From the NCBI RefSeq assembly GCF_009914755.1, contig NC_060933.1: 64,000 nt of DNA. One strand, given 5' to 3'. Source of the DNA: the human T2T-CHM13v2.0 reference genome, Homo sapiens. Positions within the stretch are counted from its first letter, which is position 1; each line of letters opens with the position of its first letter. Below the pieces are notes generated by a model. The model was given only the letters and a program-made list of their open reading frames with translations. It was not told the DNA's origin and searched no databases. Shown here one piece after another: positions 1 to 12,922 of the stretch. A program made the translations under genes and the position numbers.

Positions 1-938
1 ACCCATCGGAGCTATATTTGCCAAAAGTACTTGAGAAACAGAAAGATAAAAATCATGTGAAGAGATTTTTTTTTAAGAATTCAATGTAACCTCTTGCTTT
101 CCTCAATGTTTGAGTCATCTACAGAACAAAGAAATCTAGGTCTTATCTGTGAGAGCTTTAGACCCAACTAGATTGTAATCACAGCAACCCCGGGATTTTG
201 CATAGTTTCTTTCTACTACCCTGGTATGGCTAATAAATAAGTTCAAACAAAACAGCCCAGGAAAGCATTGAATTAAATTATACAGTACCATTTCTCCAGG
301 TATTGAGCTAAAGAGAATGGAGCTAAAATTGCCCTGCTGTCTTGTCATTACCCTATTTCTAATTCTGTCATTTTCTTTCCAAAAATCTCACGCATTTTGC
401 AGGTTCTCTTAGTAGATCTGTTCCATGAATGAGCAACTGGACAGTTCTCAGTCACAGTCTGGTGGTTTATTTGTGAATACACAGAAACAGCCAGAGAGAG
501 AGGCAGGAGCAGAACTCTCACTTCTGTCATCTTGGTATTTGTAGCTGTGCTCATGTTCCAAAGCTACGAGGTTAGGGAGAAGGAGGAAAGAGAAGAGAAA
601 TTGGAATCTCCATAAAAACACTGCAATTATCTTGAACTTTCCATATGCAGACCTTTATGGACTTCTATGGTTGAAAATAAATTCTTTATTGATTTCACTG
701 TAGTAATTTACAGCTCCAAGGTAATCAAATTGGTGGATAACTTGGAATAGTCTTAGACTTATGCAACAAGAAACAAGCACAGAAATGCATTTTCGTTAGT
801 AATATCAATCTCAGAGTTCCTAAAGCAGATATGCCTTGTTTTTGGCAAGTATCTGCAGAGATAATCATTCCAGGTGGCACCTTCAAGACCAACAGAGAAG
901 GATCCCTAGGAAGAGAGAAATGGAGAGTAATGTAGAGC

Positions 939-958
939 TATTGCCATCTAGTGGCTCA
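939..958 (-). promoter_or_regulatory. CTCF binding motif
   Basis: Minus strand reads TGAGCCACTAGATGGCAATA, a close match to the CTCF core CCAC/TAG(A/G)(G/T)GGCA; lies in non-repeat sequence. Confidence 0.7.
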
Positions 959-1135
959 TAACAGAGACATCAGGTGCCTTTTCACATGAACAGAATTTTT
1001 TTCAAAGGCATAAATATTTTGTGATTTTATTTCACTGCTCTTTGCATGTATATATGGATTAAAACTCATTTAAAGAATTCATGGATGCTTATTTTTATAT
1101 GAGAACAATTCCAACCTCTAGCCATGTTGAAATTT

Positions 1136-1203
1136 TCATTCATTTATCAAACATTTATTGAGCCTAGCCAGGCCTTGTGCTTAACACTAGGGACACAGAA
1201 ATG
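1136..1203 (-). mobile_element. L2 3' end fragment
   Basis: tcattcatttatcaaacatttattgag...ctagggacacag is the reverse complement of the L2 3' terminus. Confidence 0.6.
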
Positions 1204-1835
1204 AGCCATTCTCAGAGCTCCTGTTTCAAGTTGCAGTTCAAAAGCTATGCCCAGTTGTTCTGGAATTCATGTGTGATCCAAGTGCACCCCTGCATATTTA
1301 AAAAATTCTAAATAGACAGATGGATACACATATAAACACAAACATACATAAGTTAATACAGCACTACGTATTATGCACAGTACAAATCATTTACCAAAAT
1401 ACACCTTTCTACAAAGAATATAAGAAACATGAATTAAGATTATTGAAGCACTTCAATTATATTTTTAATCAAGTAAAAAATCCGTATTCAAAATCTTACT
1501 AAGTTTATTATAAATATTTTTAACATTGTAATGTGATGGACTATGTTCCATCATTTAAATGAAATCTTGGTTTAATGCTTTATGATGCAGAATTGAAGGT
1601 CTGATTCTCTTCATTGTGTTTTGATATTTGGCTTTGATGACAGTGATAGCTACAAAATACTTCTCAAGAGATCTATGGATCCAAGAGATACACCACTATC
1701 TACACTTTCTGAATCATGATATTAATTTCTTAATCCCACTGACAACATTTCTTGTTCACTTGTTAAAATTTAACAAATTCCCTCCTCCCTAATGTCGAAA
1801 TCAGAATTTAAAAATATTTATTGAAGTTTTACTTG

Positions 1836-1913
1836 CTTTTTGATTGACAAATGAGAACTATATATGTATTGGGGATACAATGTGATGTTTTGTTATATGT
1901 ATACCTTGCGGAA
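1836..1913 (-). mobile_element. L1MA-type 3' terminal fragment
   Basis: attgacaaat...tatgtattggggatacaatgtgatgttttgttatatgtatac resembles the L1MA 3' end in reverse. Confidence 0.6.
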
Positions 1914-2052
1914 TCAGACTTCTGGTGAATGAATCAGAAGGGATTTCATTTTAATATTTTCACTGAATGGCCTTAAAATCTGCTGAAATTCTTTATTTAG
2001 AGGATCTTAAGACAGGTTAGAGAATTCTATCTCAATTTTATTTTAATCTAAG

Positions 2053-2155
2053 ATATGAGAAGTTTATAAGAAATGAGACATATCATCTTCGACAACGACG
2101 ATGCAAACGTTTCCGAATATCCATTTTGAACATTCTTTCCCCATTGCAGGATTAA
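2053..2155 (+). CDS. Candidate terminal coding exon of a gene entering from upstream (..YEKFIRNETYHLRQRRCKRFRISILNILSPLQD*)
   Basis: Acceptor-like ttttattttaatctaAG (AG 2051-2052); open frame to TAA 2153-2155; all five CpGs in 2090-2115 are positions 1-2 of Arg codons; AATAAA at 2396-2401. Protein not recognised. Confidence 0.4.
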
Positions 2156-2395
2156 AACCAAAGCAAATAGTTACTTTCTCACTCATTGTCAGAATGTCAC
2201 CTTTACCTTGAAAGGAGACAATAAGTGTCTTTATCTTTTCTGAAGATCTCTGTTAGACAGTAGTGTATTGACAGCTACTTGTCATTACAGAAAAGGTCAG
2301 GAAATTTGGAACTCTTGTCATTTAGTGTAAGAAAAATGTTATTCTTTTATTTCTTTGCCAAAAGATAACAGGAGATCTGTGCTGAACAAAACAAA

Positions 2396-2401
2396 AATAA
2401 A
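2396..2401 (+). terminator. Candidate polyadenylation signal for the 2053-2155 exon
   Basis: AATAAA ~240 nt after the candidate stop, in A-rich sequence, so may be chance. Confidence 0.25.
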
Positions 2402-2677
2402 AACAACACATAAAATAGATTTATATGATGCCATCTTGTGTCAGTATTATAACATTCCAGTATTATAAATATTTTACTCTTTATGATACAAAATTCATAA
2501 ATCCTGTGAGAACTGCTCTATGATGCACTGAGCATGAACGGACATGTGAGTGTGCAGCTGTCAACCCCTTTGAGTTGTGGAATTTATATTCTTCCCTCAG
2601 GATACAACTTATACCTTAAGTGACACATGGCCCAAGTGAGGAAGCCACTGCCAATCATATATATTACTAAAGCATAA

Positions 2678-3151
<474 letters not shown>

Positions 3152-4656
3152 TAGTTCCAAAGTAGAAACTGTTGGTTATGGGGCCAGTTCTGTGTAAGTA
3201 TAGTTGGGTACCCCCAAAGACCTAGATGTGTCTGCGGATAGTTGGCTGGTAGTTTGTGCGCCACAGAAGCTAATTTTAAATCTCCGTTAGCTCCCAGTAG
3301 CTTCTATACCTTCCATTGGGAGCTCACAGAGACTGGCTCAAGGGAGCACAGCCTCCTCTGGGAAGCAGCCTCCACTTAGAGAGCAGGCGTCCTCTGAGGC
3401 TGCTCCAGGCCTCTCTGGGGTGCTGTTTTAGATTCCCTCAGCCAGACTTTCCTTCATTCAGGGTATCTTAGTGTTACACACCTCATCGTGAAGAAGGAGC
3501 CTTGTAGGCTTAGGCTTTTGGGCCTGCTCAAGCTGCAGGTCCTATGGCAGAATTAGAGCCTGGCAACTCAGGAGCATCGGTAAAGCTGACAGCCCTTGGG
3601 CTCTGGAAAGAGCAAGAATCTGAGCACCCTGGAGCCCTGCACATCTGATAGTGCCATCCCAGAGAGCCAGTAGGAGATGGGGAGAAGGCTTAGGGCATCA
3701 GGACTGCTGGTGGAGGCAAATGTTGGATTCCAAGGCTTTTTTCTGAGTTTGGAAATGAAGTCCAGCCCCCGCACACTGGGGAGGATCCAAGCCACGTTTT
3801 ATTTTATCTTCTTCCAGTCTTGTGGACCAAAGCTAGCAGGATTAACTGCATCTAGCAGCGTTAGTGGATCAGGGATTCTAGTTAAATCCCATCTCTATTC
3901 CTCGTAGATACTTTCCAGGAATCAAAGCAAGCAGAAATGTTTCACTTAGGTTTTTGCAAAAGGGCTGTAGAATCAAATATTGGGCAATAACTTTATTTCT
4001 GATAAAAGATATGGCTATTGCTTCAAATTATTAATCTATCCCCACAAAAGTGTGATATATTTGTTCTATTTCTGTGTAAAGATGACTGAATTGTAATATT
4101 TTGATTTCTGATGACTTTGTTTATGTCAAAAATAGTTGGAGAATCTTGCTGAAGGATGGAAAATACAAGTCACATATATTGCCACTTGTCTACTCTAAGC
4201 CCATGGCAGGCGTCACTACTTAGCTATTCCTTTTGTGTGGTGCTTTTTGGGATCCTTCCAGCATGGCCAGCATGAAACTTAGTCTATATAAGAGAGGTAA
4301 AGAATTGTTACCTTACTTTATTGTCTTTTAAAAATGTTTTCTTATGAAAAATTCTCACATACAAAGAAAGAGAACGGTATTATGAGCCCCCAAGTACTCA
4401 TTACTGTTTATCAGAAAGTATTTACAATTTGAAAGTTCATTTCGTCTATTCAACTTCACCCCATGCACACACAAATATACATACATATATATAATATATT
4501 ATTTTAAAATACAATTAAATATAACATCAAGTTTCCAGATAATAGCTGTTCAGAAAATTAATTTTTGAGAACCCTCTTTGTGCCCCTGCCCTCATTCAAA
4601 GATGATGATGAAGGCTCCTGTAAAACTGTATGTTCACATAGGCTTCTCCTGCCCTT

Positions 4657-4671
4657 AGAACATTCGAGAAG
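4657..4671. promoter_or_regulatory. Perfect three-unit heat-shock element
   Basis: aGAAcaTTCgaGAAg = nGAAnnTTCnnGAAn. Confidence 0.35.
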
Positions 4672-5436
4672 AGCTGGTAAATTTATCCTACACCGAACTT
4701 CAAAGTCCTGTGGCTCTGGAGCTTTTGTACCAGGCTCTGCCATCTGAATCTCAGCCTGCATTCCAGCCCCAGGGTCTAGGGTCCAGCTTCCTGAGATTTA
4801 CCAAATTGTCATTCCCTTTTGAGGGGTGCAGGGGTCCTTCCTGCACCCATGGGTATTGACAATGGAGCCAACTTCACATGTCAAATATTCCATAAATTAG
4901 CAGATTGTCATCCCCTTTTAAATTGTGTGGTATACCCCAAGATTTCACTGCTTTTATCTATTTCTCTTCATTCTGGATGATACTTCTCTTCCCTCCCTCT
5001 CATGATATCCTTCATAAATTTAAGCCTCCACAAAGGCCATAAAAAGTGATTTTCTTCGGTTATTTTGCTTTGGCTCAGCAATTACATCAAAGGGAAGGGA
5101 ATGCAAAGTTCTGTTGCCTTTTTAGAATGAGAGGAGGAAAATACAAAGCATAAAGCAGAAATACTACTCATTCTTTTTTCATTTTTATAGCTGGAAAAGC
5201 AAAACACAATTTAATATTTCAAAAAATTGCCTGTCGTACCAGCTTTTCATGAGTAAAAACAATGCCTCTAAAAATGCACTTGTGCTTTCCCACAGTGTCT
5301 GATATATGTTTTGTTTCTAGCCAGCCAATAATCAGCTCTTGCAGTGATGTTGGGAACTTTGTGAAGATATTTATCATTCTATAGGAACTCATCAAGGAAA
5401 AGCTAGAACGATTGCTGGCAGTATCTGAGTCACTGA

Positions 5437-5670
5437 GGTAGAATAGAAAGAGTATAGAATTTACAATCAGAAGAGAATCCACCCAGCTGCAGTCTTTGTG
5501 TAACTTAGTTATAAACTACCTGTTTAGAACTTTGAGTCTTAGGTTCCTTAATATAATATCTATAATGTTGATAATTATAATAGTATACGCCATGACATTG
5601 TTAAAGGTATCAGATAAACAGATGTGTATAAAATCATCTGAAAAATAAAAATAGAAAACTAATGTTACTT
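5437..5670 (+). mobile_element. MIR
   Basis: Degenerate core tgtgtaacttagtt...gagtcttaggttccttaat...ctataatgttgataat. Confidence 0.5.
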
Positions 5671-6119
5671 ATTATTTCATGAAATTTAAAGTGTCACATT
5701 TCTTTATATTAATAAAGTACCATAAAAATAAAATATTTGAAAGCTCAGAAATTGGGGGATTTTCTGATTCTGAGTAGAGTTTGCATACATTTGAGAATAT
5801 TCTAAAAATGCACTGGGTTTGGTCAAGACACACAGGTGGTCAGTATACATAAGTGAAGTGGAGAGTATCTGAACTGGTTAGGTGCTGGAGGCAAGGATTT
5901 ATACCTAGGATGTTCTGCCATTGCCAGGTAATGACATCAGCATATGAAGAAAGGCCTTATTCTAATATGATATTTACTGTATCAAAGCAGTTGATAGAAG
6001 TAATGTCTTTCTCGTTTTGCTACTTTAATGTGGAAGATTTGCATGTCAGGCTCTCTGTTAGACCCTAAGCTTCTAAAAGTCCAAGTGAGGCCTTACAGGG
6101 TGCTTGCCAATTAAGAAGT

Positions 6120-6312
6120 TGAGATCAGACAGATCTGGTTTCAAATATAAGCTCTGACTCTTCTTAATTTGAGACATGCTGTTTGAACTCTTTTAGCCTC
6201 AATCTGTAAAATGGAGATGGTAATAGCCTCTAAATCAGGGTTGCTGTGAAGATTAAATGAAAACATCTGTAAAGCCTGAAACACAGTTAATACTCAATAA
6301 ATGCAGCCCTTA
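6120..6312 (+). mobile_element. MIR
   Basis: agcctcaatctgtaaaatggagatggtaatagcc...gggttgctgtgaagattaaatga...ctcaataaatg. Confidence 0.8.
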
Positions 6313-6699
6313 TTGTTTTCAGCACATTGAATTGTTCATGATAATTTATTTGCCTAGCTCCCTAATTAGATTAAACATTTGAAGGCAGAGGTCATGTCCT
6401 ATACCATCTCCCATTTCATTCTATATTTTCCCCAGTAGACTAATGTTTCTTAGTGTGGTAGTCTAGACCACTGAGATTCTTCAGCTTATCCAAAAAGAGA
6501 ACCCCTTTGCCCTGCCTAGATTCTGAACAATGTCAAAAATAAAACAATAAAATTGAAGGCCAAAATATTACCAATGCTACTGATAAAGCTAAGTACAAAA
6601 ATGACCTTGCGGAAGAGCCAAAGTCACCTTCAAAGACAACTCCTGAACTGGAAAAGTTTACCTACCCAATGTCAGGCAGCACTGGACTAGGGCTGTGGG

Positions 6700-7380
6700 G
6701 AGGCCTGACCAAGTCAGATAAGAGCACAAGGCCAGTTCAGGCTGCCCTCGGGCAGTCTCATTTCCAACCCCAGCCAAGAAAGCTGTGCTAGAGGTGGCCT
6801 AGATTTCCAGAGTTTGGGGGCACAATGTGAGGCCAGATATAGATCCTGTAGAAGACAACTGAACTTGATTGTTTTAAAGGATTTCCTATCAAGAGCACCA
6901 TCTGAAGTGGTGAGTAAACTCTCCAGAGAAAGTCCTGGGATGCCTCTCAGAACCCAAGAACCAAACAGGAAATAATGTGTATTTAGCCAGGGGACACCTC
7001 ATGTACTCCAGACAAACCTTTCCTGTCCCTTACCTCTCTTTGCTCCCCGTTCCAACACTAGAGAATTCATTCCAACGCTGGAAAAGGAGGACAAGAAGAA
7101 AAAGAGAAAATAGGTGAGGGAACCAATATCATCTGCATTTTCCCATTCCAGAATTTTCAGTCTGAAGAAGGGCCAAGCTAGGAAGTGGAAGAAACTTTAA
7201 AGTAAATGAAACATTGAAGCCTTAATATAAGCTTGGATTTTTCAGACTGGGAAATAAAACTATTTGTTACTATCTAAAAGATACAGAACATGCTGAGATT
7301 TCATCCAGGGATTAGGAAAAATGTTTCTAGAGGATAGGTTGGAAAGGACAATTAACCATAGAGACTGACTTTTTTTTCAT
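6700..7380 (+). mobile_element. Ancient LTR relic (LTR78/MamGypLTR-like)
   Basis: agaaactttaaagtaaatgaaacattgaag...ctgagatttcatccaggg resembles ancient mammalian LTR 3' ends; weak. Confidence 0.3.
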
Positions 7381-7459
7381 AAACAAAACTTAACTATAGA
7401 GACCGATTTTTTTAATGTATTTATTCATCATGAGAATTTATATAGAAGTTCTGAAATGG

Positions 7460-7778
7460 AAAGTCTCTTTTTCTTTCTGAGTTGTGATAGTTAAGAACTG
7501 TATGCACAGAGTGGCTCAAGGCTATTTTTCCTGAGAATAAAGCTAAATCAGGAAAAAGCAGAACCAAGAGACTGAAAAGAGGGAGAGGGAGAGAGACAGA
7601 AAGAGAGAGAGAGATTTATTATTGATAACATTTTCTGATTTCTAATTCAGACAGGCTTAATGCAAAGTCTCCTCTAGGACTGCAGTTTGTTTAAGACAAT
7701 GCATTCTTTTTTTTCTAATTAAGCAAGTTATAAGATTGTTTTCTTTCAATTTGCATCAGAAAGAGTTCTCATTAATAA
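7460..7778 (+). mobile_element. Old MLT1 (MLT1J/K/L-like) MaLR LTR
   Basis: gagaataaagc...agcagaaccaagaga, and 3' end ttaagcaagtt...ttgcatcagaaagagttctcattaata. Confidence 0.55.
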
Positions 7779-7899
7779 AGCATAATTATTTAGAAGAAAT
7801 TAAAACTACATGTACTACACATGCTTCACTTCACAATTAAATAAAATCACTGATATTTGAGTAACTTCTTAGCCTTTGTGTTATTCGTATACAACAATG

Positions 7900-8125
7900 G
7901 ATAACATGCACTGAACATTTATTATGTATCAAGCACCTTTATATGAACTAACTGAATTCCTATAATGACCTATGAAGTTTTTACTATCTGGTAGGCTCTT
8001 TGGCTTATCAATGCAGAAACTGAGAGGTTAAGGAAGTTGTCCACAGCCTCACAGCAAGTAAGTGAAGGAGCAGGGGTTCAAACCCAAGCTGTCCAGCCTA
8101 CAGCCTACTCCTAATCTCAATGCAC
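7900..8125 (-). mobile_element. MIR
   Basis: gaaactgagaggttaaggaagttgtccacagcctcacagcaagtaagtgaaggagcaggggttcaaaccca. Confidence 0.8.
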
Positions 8126-8813
8126 AGTCAAAAGAGAAGAAGATAATTGTTAATATGATTGAACAGTGCATACGTCCCAAGGTGTTATGTGAATAAATGC
8201 TTTATTGTATCTAAGAACACTGATTATAGAGGCACCTAAGTAAGTGAAATGAGCTATTAGATGAAACATTTCTAATAATGCCAGATCATTTCCAGGATTT
8301 TAAGTTACTTAGCTATACTGTGCCTCTCAATATGAGCAGGACCTAGCGCAGTCTGAACCTATGATACTGGTGCTAAAATATATGTTTTTCGGGTTAAGGA
8401 TACTGTATTAAGTTTTCATGAGAAAACTAAACCATGTGCAGATGGATTGATGCCTGACAGTTTCACTCTTTCACAATACCTAATTTTTTTTTAACCTGCT
8501 GGAGAATAAAGTTGTTTGTATATATTATGAGGCATGTTTACTCAAAATCTGAAGGGAAGTTATCAGAGATGTTTAAAACAAGGAGTTGATAGAGACCCAT
8601 TCACTATTATGTTTCATGTTCAGACATTTTACTTTTCAGCTTTTGAGATGAAATTACAGAGTGTCAAGTAGTCTCTGAAAAAAAAAATCTATCTATACAT
8701 TTTGGGTCCATTTGAATCTGAATCTCTAGAACCATCTAACAGAGACACTGAACACTATCGTCCTTCCTGATAACTATAGTTGTAAATTAGAATGTTCTAA
8801 TTTAATGCAAAAA

Positions 8814-9685
8814 TATTGTGGGATCTGGCCAGCAGCCCACAATGCAATGGGGCTCTCTCTTTGTTCCTAGGCGGATCGGCAGGTTGAGAAATAATAGACA
8901 CACACAAGATAGTGAAAGCTGGGTCCAGGGGGGTCGCTGCCTTCTAGTCCCATGGTGCCAACAATGCACTGGATATACCAGCATTTATTATTAAGTTTAG
9001 TGAGGTCAGGGGTAGGTTAGTGAGGGATTTACGGTCATTTGATTATGAGGTGAGATGGTCACATGGGGATGAAGTAATTCTTTAACATAGCATCTGTATG
9101 CAGAAGTACAGTATACAGGGATAAGAATTTACAATATAGTGTGTGCATCAGTAATTTCTAACAGAGCCTTAAAACAGAAACTTAGTCTTTCCATAACCTA
9201 TGATTAGCAAGATATTAATCAGCAGTAACAGTTGCAGCAAAAGCTGGTTACAAACAATCCATAGAAACAGGACGTGAAGCTAGACAACGGGTTAGACCAG
9301 AAATTCTCAGAAGGGAGTATGCCTTAACCCTAAAGAGGCCTAGAAGAGCCATGGCAAGATGAGGGCGTCTATAGCCCTATCTTATCCATATCGACAGGCG
9401 CCCCCATGCGTCCGTTTATAGGCTCTCCACAAGGGTCTCATTCCATTCCCAGAGCTATGAACATCTGCTTTTCTGGGATAGGAATCTTGGTGATATGAAA
9501 CCTCCCTGACTGCACGTCCATTCATAGGCTCTCTGCAGGGGCAAGCACATCACGTGCTGTTGGCTCATTCTGGCAGTCCAACCTGGGTTGTCGTTACACA
9601 ATTCTGCATGCAATTTTGTATTTACAATAATCAGGAGCATTTCATCTTTTATTCCGTAGCAATAGTTTCAGGGGGTCTCCCTACA
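8814..9685 (-). mobile_element. Solo LTR MER11D (HERV-K HML-7 type, ERVK)
   Basis: Minus strand begins TGTAGGGAGACCCCCTGAAACTATTGCT; ~870 bp; 6-bp TSD caaaaa/gaaaaa (8808-8813, 9686-9691); AATAAA near the 3' end. Confidence 0.85.
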
Positions 9686-9702
9686 GAAAAATGCATTAAA
9701 AA

Positions 9703-11262
9703 GAATACATCAATGAATATGGGAGTGCATATATAATATACTGTTTTCATTTCCTTTGGATATATATCCAGAACTGGGATTGCTGGATCATATGGTAGTT
9801 CCATTTTTAATTTTTTGAGGAATCTCCATACTATTTTCAAAAATGACTGTACCAATTTACAAGCCTACTAAAAGTGTACAAGGGTTCCCTTTTCTCCACA
9901 TCCTCACCAACACTTACTATCATCTGACTTTTTGATAACAGCCATTCTAACACGTGTGAGGTAATATCACATTGTGTTTATAATTTGCATGTCCCTGATG
10001 ATTACTGATGCTGAGCATTTTTTCATATACTTTTTCGCCATTTGTATGCTTTTTTGTTTTTTTTTGTTTTTTTTTTTTTTGGAAATGAACTATCACTCTG
10101 TTGCCCAGGCTGGAGTGCAGTGGCGTGATCTCACCTCACTGAAACCTCTGCCTCCAGGGTTCAAGCAATTCTCTGCCTCAGCCTTCTGAGTAGCTGGGAT
10201 TACAAGTGCCCGCCCCCACACCTGGCTAATTTTTGTATTTTTAGTAGAGACGTGGTTTCACCATCTTGGCCAGCCTGGTCTTGAACTCCTGACCTCATGA
10301 TCCACCTGCCTCGGCCTCCCAAAGTGCTGAGATTAGAGGTGTGAGCCACCGCACCCAGCCTCTATGTATTCTTTAAAGAAATGTCTACTCAGGTTCTTTG
10401 CCCATTTTTAAACCGGGTTCTTTGTTTTCTTACTATTGAATTGTTTGAGTTCCTTATGTATTTTGGATATGAACCCATTATCAGATGTATGGTTTGCAAG
10501 TACTTTCTCCCATTCTGCATGCTGCCTCTTCACTGTTATTCATTTCTTTGGCTGTGCAGAAGCTTTTAAATTTGATGCAATACCATTTGTCTAGTTTTGC
10601 TTTTGCTGCCTGTGTTTTTGAGGTCTGGAATCAACCTAAGTGTCCATCAGTGGATGAATGGATAAAGAAAATCTGAGGTTTGCGTGTGCACACACACATC
10701 CACTTCCACACACACACACACACGAATGCTATCCAGCCTTGAAAAGAAGAAAATCCTGTCAATTAGGACAACATGGATGAACTTGGTGGGCATTATGTTA
10801 AGTGGAATAAGCCAGGCACAGAAAGACAAATACTGCATGATCTTACTTATATGTGAAATCTAAAACAGTTGAACACATAGAAGCAGAGAGCAAAATGGTA
10901 GCTACCAGGGGCAGCGAAGGGGAGATGGGAAGATGTTGGTCGAAGAGTACAAAGTTTCAGTTAGATAGGAGGAATAAGTTTTGGACGCTTATTCCAAAAT
11001 AAGTATTGGACTTATGTCACCAATGGACAGCATTGTGACTATAGTTAGTAATAATGCAATATGTACTTGCAAATTGCTAAAAGAGTAGATCTTAAATGTT
11101 ATCACCATAAAAAATAAATATGAGGGGTGAAGGATATGTTAATTAGCTTGATTTAATTATTGTACAATATATACAGATATTGAAACATTTCATTTTATGC
11201 CATAAATATATATAATTTTTGTTTATCAATTAAACCTTGGTAAAGCTGGAAATAAAGTAATA
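9703..11262 (+). mobile_element. L1MA (L1MA8/9-like), 5'-truncated with 5' inversion
   Basis: 9703-10625 is ORF2 C-terminal sequence on the minus strand (interrupted by an Alu); 10626-11262 is the immediately following ORF2 end and 3'UTR on plus. Confidence 0.85.
10050..10360 (-). mobile_element. AluS (AluSg-like) nested in L1MA
   Basis: Full Alu dimer in reverse with T tail; degenerate TSD tgtat(g/t)cttt. Confidence 0.95.
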
Positions 11263-12177
11263 AACTGGACAAATGAATCTTTTGTTAAACTTACTTGAAA
11301 TTAGTGACCTAAAGTTGTCAAAAGTTTGAGAAATATTATTCTATGTAATTACATTAATTAAATAGCATATATGATAATGTTTCCCTGATGTTTTAGTAGA
11401 ACTTGTAGCCAAAAATCAGTACAGACTACTTCCTCCCTCTCCAGGGCCCAATTATATAATGTATTCTTTTTATAAGTCAGTGAGTAAAATGTTGAGAACC
11501 TGGAGACAAACAGCAAGACAGTTTTCTCAACAAAGTATCCACTTTCTACAACATTGAGTAGCAATCAGATATCACCCACTCTGATTTTTCAGCATTCTGG
11601 GAGTGAACATTTTCTACTTTGAGTTTCAAAAGTCTGAGCAGGACTGGGAAATATGTGATCTTGTCAATTATCCAGCCCCCAGCTATCTTGTTAGGAGGTA
11701 GATTAAAAAGGTTCATCGACAGTCATGCTGCAGAGACACAACCTTGTCATTTCTTTCTTCCATGAGGTGACCTTCCTTCATTCACATCCAGTGACAACAA
11801 TGACATCATTTGGGAGGTAGAAGTGGCTGATTTTTTTCTCAGATGGAGCTATTATACAGCAGCAATCATGTAAAAATGTTCATGACATAATTAAAAATAC
11901 ATAAGGAAACACATGCTCTCATTCTGTTTCTTGTTATGACTTAAATATATGATCTCAATGAAATGAAACAAACTAAGCTTGCTGTGCAATGCACCCCACA
12001 TAACAGTTTAATCAGGTTTGTTTGTTCTCAGATGAAAGATGCATTGTCACATGGCAAATGACCAAAAAACAGTTCTGACCTGCTGAAGCAGTTTTCAACA
12101 AGAGTCCTTGTGCACCAAGGCATCTGAATCCCAATGCCTCCTTAACGGTTTGGAAGTTTCACGATATGTATCAAACC

Positions 12178-12249
12178 TACGTCTCCAAGAGAGTCTTATG
12201 TACGTCTCCAAGAGAGTCTTATGTCTCCAAGAGAGATCCAAGAGAGTCT
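12178..12249. repeat. Short tandem repeat: 23-bp unit x2 plus partial units
   Basis: tacgtctccaagagagtcttatg twice, then tctccaagagaga and tccaagagagtct. Confidence 0.9.
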
Positions 12250-12515
12250 GTTGTGACACACTGTATTTCATTCCTGATATTGGTGATTTGAATCTTCTCT
12301 TTTCTTCTGTGTTAATCTTGGTAGAAGTTTGTCAATTATATAGATCATTTTCAAGGACAATTCTATGTTTTATTGAGTTTTTCTACTGTTTTCTTTTTCA
12401 ATTTTATTGATTTCTGATATTATGTTTATTATTTCCTCCACATGCCTGCAATGTTATTTTGCTCTTCTCTTTTTAGATTCTTAAGCTAGAATCTTAGATT
12501 ACTGATTACAGACTC

Positions 12516-12843
<328 letters not shown>

Positions 12844-12922
12844 CCGAGAGACTCTCTTTTCTAATGTATACATTTAGTACTGTAAATGTCCCTCTTGGCA
12901 GTGTTTTAACTATGTTCCACAA

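Noticed and set aside
1-60. THRSYICQK.. joined to the 2053 exon via AA|GTACTT
   Set aside because: The phase fits but the donor is very weak and upstream context is outside the window
403-570. Exon-like unit (ttttgcAG ... GAG|GTTAGG) as the penultimate coding exon
   Set aside because: Stops in all three frames, and the least-disrupted frame is phase-incompatible with the 2053 exon
5385-5437. Coiled-coil-like mini exon ELIKEKLERLLAVSESL
   Set aside because: Short, weak donor that coincides with the start of a MIR; no other support
12178-12249. CRISPR-like repeat array
   Set aside because: No unique spacers, irregular units, eukaryotic context
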